Assembly (NCBI GenBank): GCA_964445795.1
Contig: CAYULI010000012.1
Location: 580-64,579 of the forward strand
Source: an uncultured Nitrospira sp.
GTDB taxonomy: Bacteria > Nitrospirota > Nitrospiria > Nitrospirales > Nitrospiraceae
Reading direction: 5' to 3'
Length of the DNA: 64,000 nt
In this document: positions 28,575 to 38,795 of the stretch, one piece after another
Numbering within the stretch: the stretch's first letter is position 1
Layout: every line of letters begins with the position of its first letter
The notes under the pieces: model-generated
What the model saw: the letters and a program-made list of their open reading frames with translations, nothing else
What the model was told of the DNA's origin: nothing
Database searches by the model: none
Position numbers and translations under genes: made by a program

Positions 28575-29108
28575 TCAATGGGGAAGAGAGAACTCGATGT
28601 TGATGTCTTTCCCCAAGTAGTTTACCTGGAAGCCTTGCTTATCGTAGGCCAGTACGGCACCCATGACGTTTTCGTCCCCGTACTCTTCCTTGCCCAACAG
28701 TTTCCTGATGTCTTCAGGGCTCTCGCTGTTGAGGACGTTGCGGAAAATCCCCCGGGTCCTATGAGCAAAGCGGTTGTTGATGAAAATGAGGTCCACCTTG
28801 CCGTCCTGAATCCGCACGCCGGCCATAGGACCGGTTGGTTTCCTCTGGTCAAGCAGGAAGATGAAGGTGGCCTCCTGCTCGGCTTTAATGCCAGAGATCT
28901 TTTCATTGATCAGGATGTCGAGAGCTTTGGACTCCGGATCGCCGAGTTTCACGCCGAACAGCGAGACGTTTTGGCTGGAAATACTCTTGGGATCCATCAC
29001 GTCGTTCTTACTCAATTCGTACGGCTCGGCCTGCGCGGTTGCGACCAACCCGGCGAGGGTTGTAGCGAAGATCCACATCAGCGCCCACAACCCATATGTT
29101 CCCCTCAT
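28575..29108 (-). CDS. Secreted hypothetical protein (177 aa)
   Basis: GGAGG RBS and a signal peptide (LWALMWIFATTLAGLVATAQA). Preferred over the overlapping plus-strand ORF 28482-29213. Confidence 0.65.
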   Translation of the reverse strand: MRGTYGLWALMWIFATTLAGLVATAQAEPYELSKNDVMDPKSISSQNVSLFGVKLGDPESKALDILINEKISGIKAEQEATFIFLLDQRKPTGPMAGVRIQDGKVDLIFINNRFAHRTRGIFRNVLNSESPEDIRKLLGKEEYGDENVMGAVLAYDKQGFQVNYLGKDINIEFSLPH

Positions 29109-29243
29109 TACCCGCCTCCTTCAATACGGAATGGGTTCAGTGATCGTCGATTGGCTGGTCGTTGTTTGGTAGGATCAATAGTCGATGCATCATTGTATCC
29201 AAAGAGAGCGTGACTTGCAAGAATCCCGCGGTTCGCCTTCCCA

Positions 29244-30185
29244 TCAGCCAGCAGTTCGCGCCCGCACCGTTCGCAAGGAAAGGTGCTTCGATTGAGTGAC
29301 CAGACCGGCCATCGTCTCCCGGCAAAACAAGGCGAATTCCTTGGCGGCCAGGTTCTGGTATCGGCCTGATCGACGGGCCAGCCCCACGCGATGGTGAGGC
29401 ACGGGATCGTAGAGGTCGATTGTTCGAAACGATAGCCCGGGGAGTCGCAGGCGAACATACAGTTCCGGCAGAATCGTCAGGCCTGCACCTCCGGCCACCG
29501 CCTGCAGGATTCCCTCCGGGGACGTCATCTCCAGCACGACCTCAGGGTGAACGCGTGCCTCGGCGCATTCTGCTTCTACCATTCTCCGTAAGCAGTAGTC
29601 TGCCGGCATGAGCACCAGAGGGAGGCCGGCCAGATCCTGCATGCGCAGGCGAGGTTTCTTGACCGGATAGTTGGATGGAGCCACTAGGACGAGCCGTTCG
29701 TCGAAGAGCGGTTCGACGGTCAAGCGCTCATCCTCGATCGGAAGCAGACAGATCCCGAGGTCCAGCCGATTACCGAGAAGGCCCGCCACGATGTCGGTAG
29801 AGGGTTGTGCGTGGACCTGGAGACGAACGGCCGGGAAATGTTGCTTGAACCTGGAAACGAGCGGTGGGATCAAGTAGGAATTAACAGTGGCCAAGGTGCC
29901 AACGACAAGGCGGCCCCGCTGGCCTCCTTGCAGCTCCCGCACGACCTCGGTGGCCTGTTCCACTTCCCGCAACACCCGCTCGGCGTGCTCCTGGAGCAAT
30001 TCGCCGGCCTGAGTGAGAACCACCTTTCGCCCCAACCGGTCGAAGAGGCGCGTGCCAAGTTCGGCTTCCAGGGCGCTAATTTGGACAGAGAGTGCCGGCT
30101 GGGAGACGTGCACGGCTTCAGCCGCTCGAGTGAAATTCTGTATCGATGCAACGGCGAGGAAGTACCGGAGCTGGCGAAGTTCCAT
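29244..30185 (-). CDS. LysR-family transcriptional regulator
   Basis: MELRQLRYFLAVA...NFTRAAEAVHVSQPALSVQI wHTH. AGGAGA RBS before the ATG at 30185. Divergent from the globin gene. Confidence 0.9.
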   Translation of the reverse strand: MELRQLRYFLAVASIQNFTRAAEAVHVSQPALSVQISALEAELGTRLFDRLGRKVVLTQAGELLQEHAERVLREVEQATEVVRELQGGQRGRLVVGTLATVNSYLIPPLVSRFKQHFPAVRLQVHAQPSTDIVAGLLGNRLDLGICLLPIEDERLTVEPLFDERLVLVAPSNYPVKKPRLRMQDLAGLPLVLMPADYCLRRMVEAECAEARVHPEVVLEMTSPEGILQAVAGGAGLTILPELYVRLRLPGLSFRTIDLYDPVPHHRVGLARRSGRYQNLAAKEFALFCRETMAGLVTQSKHLSLRTVRARTAG

Positions 30186-30218
30186 CGGATCCTCTTTATC
30201 TCCTAATAAGGCCTTTCT

Positions 30219-30229
30219 ATCAAAATGAT
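30219..30229. promoter_or_regulatory. Possible LysR-type operator (ATCA-N3-TGAT) in the AT-rich divergent intergenic region
   Basis: Palindrome ATCAAAATGAT between the LysR gene and glbN. The match is short and could be chance. Confidence 0.2.
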
Positions 30230-30373
30230 TAGAACTATATATTTTACATATGACAGTATCGACCCTATAGTTTGTTGTCAACATAAGGCGCTTCTGGAAC
30301 CGGATGGGGGTTACGAGCCGGCCGGTAAGGCCCCGGGCGCATAGGAGTTACAACCCTGTAATGGAGGCATGCG

Positions 30374-30820
30374 ATGCGTAAGACTGCAGTGAGTAGGCGC
30401 TGGTGGATCGTAGCCGGAGTCGCGGTCGTCGTGGCTGGATGTGCTGGGATGGAGAGCCCCCCAGCAGGCAAATCACTTTACGACCGGCTTGGCGGCAAGA
30501 CGGCGATTATCGCTGTGGTGGATCAATTCGTGGCAAACGTTGCGGCGGACAGCCGCATTAACGGGCGGTTTGCGACGACCGATATTCCGAAGCTCAAGGG
30601 GCACCTGGTAGATCAAGTTTGTATGGCCACCGGTGGACCCTGTACATACAAAGGGCGCGACATGAAAACGACTCATGCGGGAATGAAAATTACCGACGCG
30701 GACTTCAACGCGCTTGTCGAAGACCTCGTCGCGGCGTTGGATAAGTTCAAGGTTCCGGCTCGGGAAAAGCACGAGCTACTCGGGATCCTGGGACCGATGA
30801 AGACAGACATCGTCGAATAG
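30374..30820 (+). CDS. glbN: Group I truncated hemoglobin (trHbN) with lipoprotein signal peptide
   Basis: SLYDRLGG...IIAVVDQFV...H.GM.ITDADFNALVEDL is the 2-on-2 globin pattern. N-terminal WWIVAGVAVVVAGCAG lipobox. Confidence 0.8.
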   Translation: MRKTAVSRRWWIVAGVAVVVAGCAGMESPPAGKSLYDRLGGKTAIIAVVDQFVANVAADSRINGRFATTDIPKLKGHLVDQVCMATGGPCTYKGRDMKTTHAGMKITDADFNALVEDLVAALDKFKVPAREKHELLGILGPMKTDIVE

Positions 30821-30875
30821 CGAACGCCACGGAATCCTGCGGGATGGCCTGGCGTCGCTTCACAGGGCCAGCTCG

Positions 30876-31169
30876 TTACGGTTGCGGTGTAGCAGCGAGC
30901 AGTAATTCGCCGAGTCGACGGAGCTGAAGGAAGTAGGCCTGCGCACTCTCGTCCAAATCGAGGGTCAACTCTTCGATATCGGCCAGGCAATCTTTGAGGA
31001 TTTCAACCCGCTGCTGATCCAGCCCTTCAGGGGTGTCCAGGTAAAAGACGACGCAGCCGCTGATGACGGTATCTACTGTCATCAGCGGCCCCTGGTTCGG
31101 GCTTGCGAATCGAGGCCAGTCTTCCCGGCAATGCCGCTCCCAGGCTGAAAGGATTGTGTCTCGCGTCAT
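30876..31169 (-). CDS. Hypothetical 97-aa cytoplasmic protein
   Basis: GGAGG RBS. The ATG at 31169 overlaps the stop of the upstream membrane ORF (ATGA). Confidence 0.5.
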   Translation of the reverse strand: MTRDTILSAWERHCREDWPRFASPNQGPLMTVDTVISGCVVFYLDTPEGLDQQRVEILKDCLADIEELTLDLDESAQAYFLQLRRLGELLLAATPQP

Positions 31170-31620
31170 CCCAGGGAACCTCCGGTCGTTCCTTCCTTTC
31201 TGTCGTGCCCGATCCACCCTAGCGCATGAAGAAGCAAAACGGCAAGTGTGCAGAGGACGAGGCCCACCAATCGATCGTCAACGTCCTCCCATCCGAGCGA
31301 CCATACGATGACGAGTTCCCGCCATCGTTGAGGCGCGCAGACCAGCAAACAGCCCTTGAGCTCCATTCCGCCAGCTACCACAAACCAGAGGGCCTGTGAT
31401 ATCGGAGGTCCAGCCCAGCCCACGTAAAAACTAACCCGACCATGACAGCGACGAATTGCCACGGCCCAAGTGCCGTGTTCGTGTAATTCGCGGCGCGAAG
31501 GTTGTTACCGATGAATCGCGGAGACGCCGGCAATGCAAATCCGTCGGCGAGCCAGGGGACGGCAATCACAGCCTGATCGAACTCTCGGACACCCGCTCCC
31601 TCGACGAGAGCGTAATGCAT
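31166..31620 (-). pseudogene. Membrane protein gene apparently split by a -1 frameshift at a T5 run
   Basis: ORFs 31375-31620 and 31166-31462 overlap in adjacent frames. Adding one T at 31426-31430 (A5 on the plus strand) joins them into an ORF of about 151 aa with 4 TM segments. Confidence 0.35.
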
Positions 31621-31630
31621 AGTCGATGGA

Positions 31631-32887
31631 TCAGGGATACAACCCCCGCTGGAGATGGGCTTGGGCTACTTGATCGATTCCCCTCATCAGCGCAGCCATC
31701 CGCATGGAGGTCCGTCGTTCTGTCGCAAAGTGCAGAGTCCGCTGGAACGCAGAAGTGATGATGTCGTGCAGCCGCTGCTGGATGTCCGTTGCACTCCAGA
31801 AGAATCGCTGGAGATCTTGCACCCATTCGAAGTATGACACGATCACGCCGCCGGAATTGGCCAGAATATCCGGGATGATAAAGACGCCCATGTCGTCGAG
31901 AATCCGGTCCGCCTCGAGTGTGGTCGGGCCGTTCGCACCTTCAGCCAGGACTCGGCAGCGAAGCCGGGCCGCGTTCCGGGCGGTGATTTGTTCCGACAGA
32001 GCCGCCGGGACGAGCACGGAACAGTTCAGTTGCAGCAGTTCCTCGTTCGTGATCGCATCGCCCAGCTTGGTGTCCTGCAGCGACTGTCCCGTGATGCGAT
32101 ACCGCCGCAGGAGCTCGCGCACGTCCAACCCTTTGGGGTTGTAGATCCCGCCGGACACATCGCTGACGGCCACGACACGCGCACCCTGTTGCTGCATGAT
32201 CAGGGCAGTGTGCGAACCGACGTTGCCGAACCCTTGAATGGCTACGGTCGCCTGCTCGATCGGCAGCTTGAGGTGACGGAGCGCCTCGATCGTCACGTAG
32301 ACGACTCCGCGGCCTGTGGCTTCCTCTCGTCCCAGGCTCCCGCCCAGAGAAATGGGTTTACCCGTGACTACGCCGGGTACAGCATAACCGACCTGCTGGC
32401 TGTAGGTGTCCATGAACCATGCCATGACCTGGGCGTCGGTGCCGACGTCGGGGGCGGGGACATCCTTGTCCGGGCCGATGAGTGGAAAGATCTCCGCCGC
32501 ATACCGCCTGGTCAAGCGTTGCAGTTCGCCGCGAGAGAGGGTCTTCGGGGCAACCTTGATCCCCCCTTTGGCGCCCCCATACGGCAGGCCGGCCAAGGCG
32601 CATTTCCATGTCATCCACATGGCCAGAGCGGCCACCTCTCCGAGGTTCACGTCCGGATGGTAGCGGATGCCTCCCTTCGACGGGCCGCGGGACGAATCGT
32701 GCTGCACGCGATAGCCGGTGAAGACTTCCACCCGCCCGTCGTCCATTCGGATGGGCACACTCACAACGAGCGACCGCTGAGGAAGCTTGAGTCGCTCGCG
32801 GAGGTTGGGATCGAGCCGCATTGCCTCCGCGGCCTGGTCGAATTGCGCGACGGCCAGGCGATACGTCTGGGTATCAAGTTCCTGCAT
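31631..32887 (-). CDS. gdhA: Glutamate dehydrogenase
   Basis: GPSKGGIRYHP, GGAKGGI and GFGNVG Rossmann motifs. ATG at 32887. Confidence 0.9.
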   Translation of the reverse strand: MQELDTQTYRLAVAQFDQAAEAMRLDPNLRERLKLPQRSLVVSVPIRMDDGRVEVFTGYRVQHDSSRGPSKGGIRYHPDVNLGEVAALAMWMTWKCALAGLPYGGAKGGIKVAPKTLSRGELQRLTRRYAAEIFPLIGPDKDVPAPDVGTDAQVMAWFMDTYSQQVGYAVPGVVTGKPISLGGSLGREEATGRGVVYVTIEALRHLKLPIEQATVAIQGFGNVGSHTALIMQQQGARVVAVSDVSGGIYNPKGLDVRELLRRYRITGQSLQDTKLGDAITNEELLQLNCSVLVPAALSEQITARNAARLRCRVLAEGANGPTTLEADRILDDMGVFIIPDILANSGGVIVSYFEWVQDLQRFFWSATDIQQRLHDIITSAFQRTLHFATERRTSMRMAALMRGIDQVAQAHLQRGLYP

Positions 32888-33545
32888 AGGCCTGCTCCAT
32901 CTCCAGTGACCAATCGATGGGCAATACATCGGCAAATGCTCGCGCCATCTCCTCCTTTATTGTCCCGATCGACAGGGGTCGGCTGACAAGCCGGCCCATC
33001 GACGTTACGTCGCAGCCGTCGAGGCCGCACGGGCGGATGCGGCGAAACGGCGCAAGATCCATGTCGACGTTCAGCGCAATCCCATGCAGAGTGACCCCCT
33101 GTTCGATGCGGATGCCGATCGATGCGACCTTGGCCGGTTCCGGCTCCATCACCCACACGCCCGGTTTCCCATGAATCCGTACGCCGGCAATCCGCCAGTT
33201 CTTCAGGACACGCACGACGACCTCTTCCAGCCTCTGCACCAATTGCTTAGGGCCGGAAGCATGGTTCGCCAGCTTTAAGATAGGGTAGGCGACAATCTGA
33301 CCAGGTCCGTGGTAAGTGACCGATCCCCCACGGTTCACACGATGCACCTCCGCCCCATGTTCGCGCAACCGATCCTCGTCGCCTCCCCAGTGGGCGATCC
33401 GGGTGCTGCGCCCCAACGTATAGACCGGTTGGTGCTCCAAGATCAGAATTGTGTCTGGCCTCCGATCCAACACTCTGTCTCGATGCAGGCGAGACTGCAA
33501 TTCCCATGCGACCGGATACGAGATCGGCTGCCGAAAGATCACCAT
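32874..33545 (-). CDS. lipB: Octanoyltransferase (lipoyl(octanoyl) transferase)
   Basis: ILILEHQPVYTLG, RGGSVTYHGPGQ and KVASIG. Start taken at the ATG at 33545. Confidence 0.85.
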   Translation of the reverse strand: MVIFRQPISYPVAWELQSRLHRDRVLDRRPDTILILEHQPVYTLGRSTRIAHWGGDEDRLREHGAEVHRVNRGGSVTYHGPGQIVAYPILKLANHASGPKQLVQRLEEVVVRVLKNWRIAGVRIHGKPGVWVMEPEPAKVASIGIRIEQGVTLHGIALNVDMDLAPFRRIRPCGLDGCDVTSMGRLVSRPLSIGTIKEEMARAFADVLPIDWSLEMEQAYAGT

Positions 33546-33616
33546 CACTCCCACTCCCTGAGGTGGGACGCCAGAACCAGGTCGAGTGCTATCGAGTAGG
33601 GCGGCGGATGAATAAA

Positions 33617-34693
33617 TCACTGACGTACCTTTTGGGCCTGAGGACGCTGCACGGTTATCGTCGCCTGCCCGCTGCGGCCATGCACGGTGAGTTGCACGGC
33701 CGACTGTTCGCCCTCCCGCATGACGCTGTGCCAGAAGTCGCCCATGTTATAAATTTGATGCTGGTCGAGGGCGGTGATGACGTCTCCATTCTGAAGACCG
33801 GACTGTCCCGCCGGTTTGGACGGATCGACATTGAGCGCCAGTATGCCGCGATCGACTTCCAACCCGAAACTCGCCGCGACGCTCGGGGTGACCGTGACCG
33901 GCGTGAATCCAAAATCTGGCCGGACGACGGTCCCGCGCAGCATCATCGATAGAATGTGCGGGTAGACGGCCTCCAGCGTGATCGCGTAGCTGATGGCCTG
34001 GGCTGACGGAGCGATGGCGACGTTAATCCCGACCACCCGCCCTTTCAAGTCCACTAGTGGACCCCCGCTGTTGCCCGGGTTGATGGCGGCATCGGTCTGA
34101 ATCAAGTCGTACAGCGTTTCGCCGTTCGGCGTCAGGACGGAGCGATCCAGGGCGCTGACCACACCGACGGTGACGGTCGAACCGCCTTTCAAGGCCAGCG
34201 GATTACCGATGGCGACCACCGTTTCCCCGATTTCCAGTTGCGCCGATTGGCCCAACGTGGCCGCAACCAGGTCCGGAGCGGTGATTTTCACGAGAGCGAG
34301 ATCGAGGAGAAAATCGCGGGCTACCACACGACCTGGTGTGAGCCGGCCGGTCGGGAGCCCGACGACCAGGCTTGTCACGCCTTCGACGAGATGATTGTTG
34401 GTCAGGATATAGCCGCTGCTGTCGATGATGATGCCGGAGCCGGAGCCGGATTGAGCAGTATGCGGCGATTGGCTCGCGGGAACGCCGCGCGTCAGGATTG
34501 TCACCACAGAGGGACGTACTTTTGCCACTACCGCCGGGACCGAGAGTATTTTTTCTTCAGCAGGAGCCTGACCCACGCAGCCGAGCAGCAGCGTCAGGGA
34601 CGCACCCACGGACACCCACTTGGATGGTAGGTCACCGTCGGGGGCCGGGCCATTCCGGTAGGAAGGTCGGGTCGAGCGAGAGGAGTTCAACAT
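33617..34693 (-). CDS. HtrA/DegP-like S1C serine protease with one PDZ domain
   Basis: Triad contexts TNNHLVEG, DLALVKI and GNSGGPL. C-terminal PDZ (GDVITALD). N-terminal membrane/lipobox segment. Start uncertain. Confidence 0.8.
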   Translation of the reverse strand: MLNSSRSTRPSYRNGPAPDGDLPSKWVSVGASLTLLLGCVGQAPAEEKILSVPAVVAKVRPSVVTILTRGVPASQSPHTAQSGSGSGIIIDSSGYILTNNHLVEGVTSLVVGLPTGRLTPGRVVARDFLLDLALVKITAPDLVAATLGQSAQLEIGETVVAIGNPLALKGGSTVTVGVVSALDRSVLTPNGETLYDLIQTDAAINPGNSGGPLVDLKGRVVGINVAIAPSAQAISYAITLEAVYPHILSMMLRGTVVRPDFGFTPVTVTPSVAASFGLEVDRGILALNVDPSKPAGQSGLQNGDVITALDQHQIYNMGDFWHSVMREGEQSAVQLTVHGRSGQATITVQRPQAQKVRQ

Positions 34694-34787
34694 ATTTGGA
34701 CATTGTCGCACAACTAACTGGGAGGGGGAAGTCGAGGCGCCGGAGCGAGGCTTCTTCCCTATCCCCGGCGCCGTGGGTTCGCACGGT

Positions 34788-36086
34788 TTACTTGATGGCT
34801 GCGAATAACTCCTTGATCTCGGGAGTCTTGAGTTTTTTGAGGGCCTTAGCTTCGATCTGTCTGATCCGTTCACGCGTGACCGATAGGCTCCGGCCCACTT
34901 GCTCCAAGGTGCAGGCCTCGTCGTGGCCGATCCCGAAGCGGAGGCGGATTACCATCTGCTCCCGCGGAGTCAGCGTGCCGAGGATGCGGTCCAGCTGTTT
35001 GGTCATTTCTGTTCGGTGCACGTGGGCATCCGGAGGAACCGCTTGTTGGTCGGGGATCATCTCTCCGAACTGGGTGTCTCCGTCGCCGATCGGAGATTCC
35101 AGAGCCACCGGCTCCTGAAAGGCCTGTACAGTTTCATGGAGTCGCTCCGGCCTCATGTGAAGGACGTCCGCGATTTCCTCCAGCCGCGCGGGCCGGCCCA
35201 GTTGCTGGCCCAACCGACGCGTCACGCGGAGGATCCGGTTCGACGCTTCTGTTTGGTGCACCGGGATGCGGATCGTCCGCGACTGGTCGGCCAAGGCGCG
35301 CGTGATGCCCTGTCTGATCCACCAGGTGGCGTAGGTGCTGAACTTGAACCCCTTGCGGTACTGGTAGCGTTCCGCCGCCTTCATCAGCCCGATGTTACCC
35401 TCCTGCACAAGATCCAGCAGGGTCAAGCCGCGCCCTGTGTAGTGCTTGGCGACATCGACCACCAGGCGTAGATTGCAGCGCACCAGTTCGTCTTTGCCCT
35501 CTTCCAGCAGGCGGCGTGCCGCCTGAATTTCCGCCAGCAGAACCTTCAACCGCTTGACGATTGTCGTGGCGGGCTTCATGTCGCGAGCCGTTGGCTTGAG
35601 CACAGCGAGCAGCGCCTGTTCGGCCTTGTCCAGGGCTGTGGCGGAGAAACCGCTCAACCGCCGGACCCCCTGGAGCGTTTTCACAGATTCCAACAAGACC
35701 GGAGAGCGTTTCGACCGGGCGAGAGCCTTGATCGCGTGCCGCAGCGCCGTGCGGATGCGCCGCGTTCCTTCGTCGACTTTCTTCGCCAGCACCACCTCTT
35801 CATCGCGCGTCAACAAGGCCCGTTCGCCGAACGACCGGAAGTAGAGCGATTCGAGCAGGAACGGACTCGCGCCTTGGCTGGTGCGCAGCACGGGCACTTT
35901 GTCGGTGGGGACGGACTCTTCCGTCCCGTCGCGGCCGATCATCTCGAGCAGACCGCTCGCTTGCGGGTTGTCCGCATCCAGGTCGGGAGCGACCGTCGTG
36001 TTGTCAATCACGTCATCGACCTCATCGGCGGACCGCAGTTGTTCATCCTTGCTCATGGGTACACCTTTCGTCTCGCGGTTGCTCAT
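34788..36086 (-). CDS. RNA polymerase sigma-70 family factor (RpoD/group 1-2 like)
   Basis: Region 1.2 (LLTRDEEVVLAKK), region 2 (RLVVDVAKHY...FSTYATWWIRQ), region 3, and region 4 (LSVTRERIRQIEAKAL). Alternative start at 36056. Confidence 0.9.
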   Translation of the reverse strand: MSNRETKGVPMSKDEQLRSADEVDDVIDNTTVAPDLDADNPQASGLLEMIGRDGTEESVPTDKVPVLRTSQGASPFLLESLYFRSFGERALLTRDEEVVLAKKVDEGTRRIRTALRHAIKALARSKRSPVLLESVKTLQGVRRLSGFSATALDKAEQALLAVLKPTARDMKPATTIVKRLKVLLAEIQAARRLLEEGKDELVRCNLRLVVDVAKHYTGRGLTLLDLVQEGNIGLMKAAERYQYRKGFKFSTYATWWIRQGITRALADQSRTIRIPVHQTEASNRILRVTRRLGQQLGRPARLEEIADVLHMRPERLHETVQAFQEPVALESPIGDGDTQFGEMIPDQQAVPPDAHVHRTEMTKQLDRILGTLTPREQMVIRLRFGIGHDEACTLEQVGRSLSVTRERIRQIEAKALKKLKTPEIKELFAAIK

Positions 36087-36340
36087 CCTTTCCCATGTCT
36101 TTGTCTTTAGAGGCAGATGGACTCAAAAGGATTCAACGGGAGTATGCCATTCAGATCTATTGCGATATACGTAGCAAAACCGATGCTGGATTGAAGATGA
36201 GAAGCGCAGAGCAAGACCCCTAGGAAAACTCTCAAAGATTAAAGGTGTTTAATGAGGAAAGGCTGTATGGGCTGTCGCGGTTATGCGGCAACCTTGTGGG
36301 ATTGATGCAAGTCCAGGTGGCGAATTGCCACACCGGGTCG

Positions 36341-37105
36341 CTACTTACCCGTCAGTCCCTTGATGAACGGTGCGAGGGTATCGACAGGTATCGGAAAAAT
36401 CGTCGTCGAGTTCTTCTCCGCGGCGATTTCCACCAGTGTCTGCAAGTACCGAAGCTGCAGCGCCGCGGGGTTCTGGCTGATCACGTTGGCGGCGTCGGCC
36501 AGGCGCTGCGAAGCTTCGAATTCGCCTTGGGCATGGATCACCTTGGCTCGCCGTTCCCGTTCGGCTTCTGCCTGACGGGCGATCGCGCGTTGCATTTCCT
36601 GGGGAAGATCGACGTTCTTCACCTCGACCGCCGTCACTTTGACGCCCCAGGGTTCCGTCTGCTGGTCGATGATCCGTTGCAGATCGGCGTTGATCTGTTC
36701 TCGTTTCGACAAGAGGTCATCGAGTTGGCTTTGTCCGAGCACGCTGCGTAGCGTCGTTTGCGCCATCATCGATGTGGCGTACAGATAGTCTTCAACCTGC
36801 ACGATAGCGCGCTGGGGATCGACGACTCGGAAATAGACGACCGCGTTGACCTTGACGGTCACGTTGTCCTTGGTGATCACGTCCTGAGGAGGGACATCCA
36901 TCGTGATCGTGCGGAGGCTCACCCGGATCATTCTGTCGATCAGGGGGAGGATGATGACCACGCCCGGCCCGTTTCCCCCGACGATTCCCCGAGCCAGCCG
37001 TCCCCAGCGGAAGATAACCGCGCGTTCATATTCCGGAAGCACTTTGAAGCCCAGAAAGACGATCACGAGGAGCAGGACCAGCAGCGTCAGCGGGCTAAGC
37101 AGCAT
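36341..37105 (-). CDS. SPFH/band-7 (stomatin-like) membrane protein
   Basis: N-terminal TM, then [11 protein letters not shown]...TKDNV.V.V.AVVYFRV and a coiled AEAERERRA tail. Immediately downstream of nfeD. Confidence 0.9.
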   Translation of the reverse strand: MLLSPLTLLVLLLVIVFLGFKVLPEYERAVIFRWGRLARGIVGGNGPGVVIILPLIDRMIRVSLRTITMDVPPQDVITKDNVTVKVNAVVYFRVVDPQRAIVQVEDYLYATSMMAQTTLRSVLGQSQLDDLLSKREQINADLQRIIDQQTEPWGVKVTAVEVKNVDLPQEMQRAIARQAEAERERRAKVIHAQGEFEASQRLADAANVISQNPAALQLRYLQTLVEIAAEKNSTTIFPIPVDTLAPFIKGLTGK

Positions 37106-37107
37106 AG

Positions 37108-38451
37108 TTAGGCCTCTTTCTTCTGGAAGACCGGAGTGACGTAGAGAGTGAGTCCCTCGACGCGAAGCACTTTGGCCATGGTTCCCGGTTCCGCAGGCGT
37201 ATCGCTCACGGCATCCCACAGTTCTCCGTGGATAACGACTTTGCCGCCGGGACGCAAGGCCGTCTGGGCGACGCCGATGGAGCCGATCATGCCCTCGGGG
37301 CCGGTGGCTGGCGGGCGACGCATCGCGCACACTCCCATGCCGACGATGAACAGGGAGACAGCCGTCGTTGTAATGATGACAGGAATGATCACGGCCCAGG
37401 AGAGCTGAAAGAACTCTGCGTCCGACTTGATGAGCATCAAGGAGCCGAACGTCATGGAGACGATACCGCCGATAGCCAGGAGGCCGTAACTGGTGATGCT
37501 GGCTTCGAGGACGAAAAAGACGATCCCCAGGATCAGCAGCAAGACCCCGGCGTAATTAATGGGAAGCGACTGCAGTGAGTAGAACGCCAGGATAAGGCTG
37601 ATGGCTCCGACGATGCCCGGAAGAATCGCGCCCGGATTGTATAATTCGGCCAGGATACCGATCGTGCCGATCGTCATCAGGAGGTAGGCGATGTTCGGAT
37701 CGCTGAGCGCCTTCAGCAGTTCGAGCCGGAGCCCCATGGGGAACTCCCGAACGACGGCTCCTTCCGTGACCAACGTGGCCGGGCCGCTCGGGAGCGCGAT
37801 TCTCCGGCCGTGTAGCTGTTTCAGCAGGGCCGGAATATCCTCCGCCACGAGGTCGATCACCTTGAGCTTGAACGCTTCCTGCTCCGTCGCGGAGACGCTC
37901 TTCCGGACTGCGTCTTCGGCCCACACCATGTTGCGGCCGCGTTGCTCCGCAATGCTCTTGATGTACGCCACGGAGTCGTTCTCTACCTTCTCCTTCATCG
38001 TCTTGTCCATTTCACCCCCCCCCATGGCCACCGGGTGTGCGGCACCGATGTTGGTTCCGGGCGCCATGGCGGCCACGTGCGCGGCCAAGGTGAGGAATAC
38101 GCCTGCCGAGGCGGCGCGTCCCCCGGACGGGGCAACGTACACGATCACCGGAACGGAAGAGCCGACGATGTCTTTTACGATCAGCCGCATCGACGTATCC
38201 AACCCTCCCGGCGTGTCCAATTTGATAATCACACCGGCGGCTCCCGATGACTGGGCAAAGGCGAGGGCATCGTGCAGGTATTCCGCGGCGACCGGATTGA
38301 TGACTCCTTCGTAGGTGGCCACGAGGAATTCCGCAGGCCCAGCGGCCTCTGCGGTTTCATCGATCATCCCAATCGCAAAGACGAAGCCGAGCAGGAGCGG
38401 CGCCGTATAAAGGACACGGTGGCGGAGGCTCGTTACGTTGCGGCCACGCAT
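37108..38451 (-). CDS. NfeD-family membrane-bound ClpP-class serine protease
   Basis: ClpP-like N-domain ([13 protein letters not shown]), about 4 TM segments, and a C-terminal OB (NfeD) domain. GGAG RBS before the ATG at 38451. Confidence 0.85.
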   Translation of the reverse strand: MRGRNVTSLRHRVLYTAPLLLGFVFAIGMIDETAEAAGPAEFLVATYEGVINPVAAEYLHDALAFAQSSGAAGVIIKLDTPGGLDTSMRLIVKDIVGSSVPVIVYVAPSGGRAASAGVFLTLAAHVAAMAPGTNIGAAHPVAMGGGEMDKTMKEKVENDSVAYIKSIAEQRGRNMVWAEDAVRKSVSATEQEAFKLKVIDLVAEDIPALLKQLHGRRIALPSGPATLVTEGAVVREFPMGLRLELLKALSDPNIAYLLMTIGTIGILAELYNPGAILPGIVGAISLILAFYSLQSLPINYAGVLLLILGIVFFVLEASITSYGLLAIGGIVSMTFGSLMLIKSDAEFFQLSWAVIIPVIITTTAVSLFIVGMGVCAMRRPPATGPEGMIGSIGVAQTALRPGGKVVIHGELWDAVSDTPAEPGTMAKVLRVEGLTLYVTPVFQKKEA

Positions 38452-38631
38452 CGCGAACTCCATGCGCGGAAGGTGTTGGAAGCAGAGGAAGAGTGAAGGG
38501 ATATTACGGCCCGCTGTCCACCCTGTCAAGGAACCGCGCTCGGTTGCAAATCGCAGAATGAATCGCCTGAAAGGATGTTGGAGAATCGTGTGGGTGCTCT
38601 CCAAGAGGGGCTACTGGGAGCACGGAAAGAG

Positions 38632-38795
38632 TAGAACCTATCTCAAAATCGAAGGTCGATGTCCCGAACGAGTGCAGACTTGTGATACCGAGAAACCAAG
38701 ACACGTGTTTTCGGCCCGACTCGATCCTTTCCGATGCGCACGGCTAGGCGTTGAGATACCGATCTCCCTAAAAATCGATTTTGAGATAGGTTCTA
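38632..38795. repeat. Pair of perfect 21-bp inverted repeats flanking 122 bp (MITE-like element or long-stem RNA)
   Basis: TAGAACCTATCTCAAAATCGA (38632-38652) is the exact reverse complement of TCGATTTTGAGATAGGTTCTA (38775-38795). Located in a 500-bp AT-richer divergent intergenic region. Confidence 0.6.

Noticed and set aside
28482-29213. 243-aa plus-strand ORF overlapping the 28575-29108 minus-strand gene.
   Set aside because: The minus-strand ORF has a GGAGG RBS and a clean signal peptide. The plus-strand ORF has neither and has an antisense-like composition.
36316-36332. Hairpin GGTGGC-GAATT-GCCACC just downstream of the SPFH gene stop.
   Set aside because: The stem is only 6 bp and no U-tract follows on the minus strand. 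That is too weak to call a terminator.
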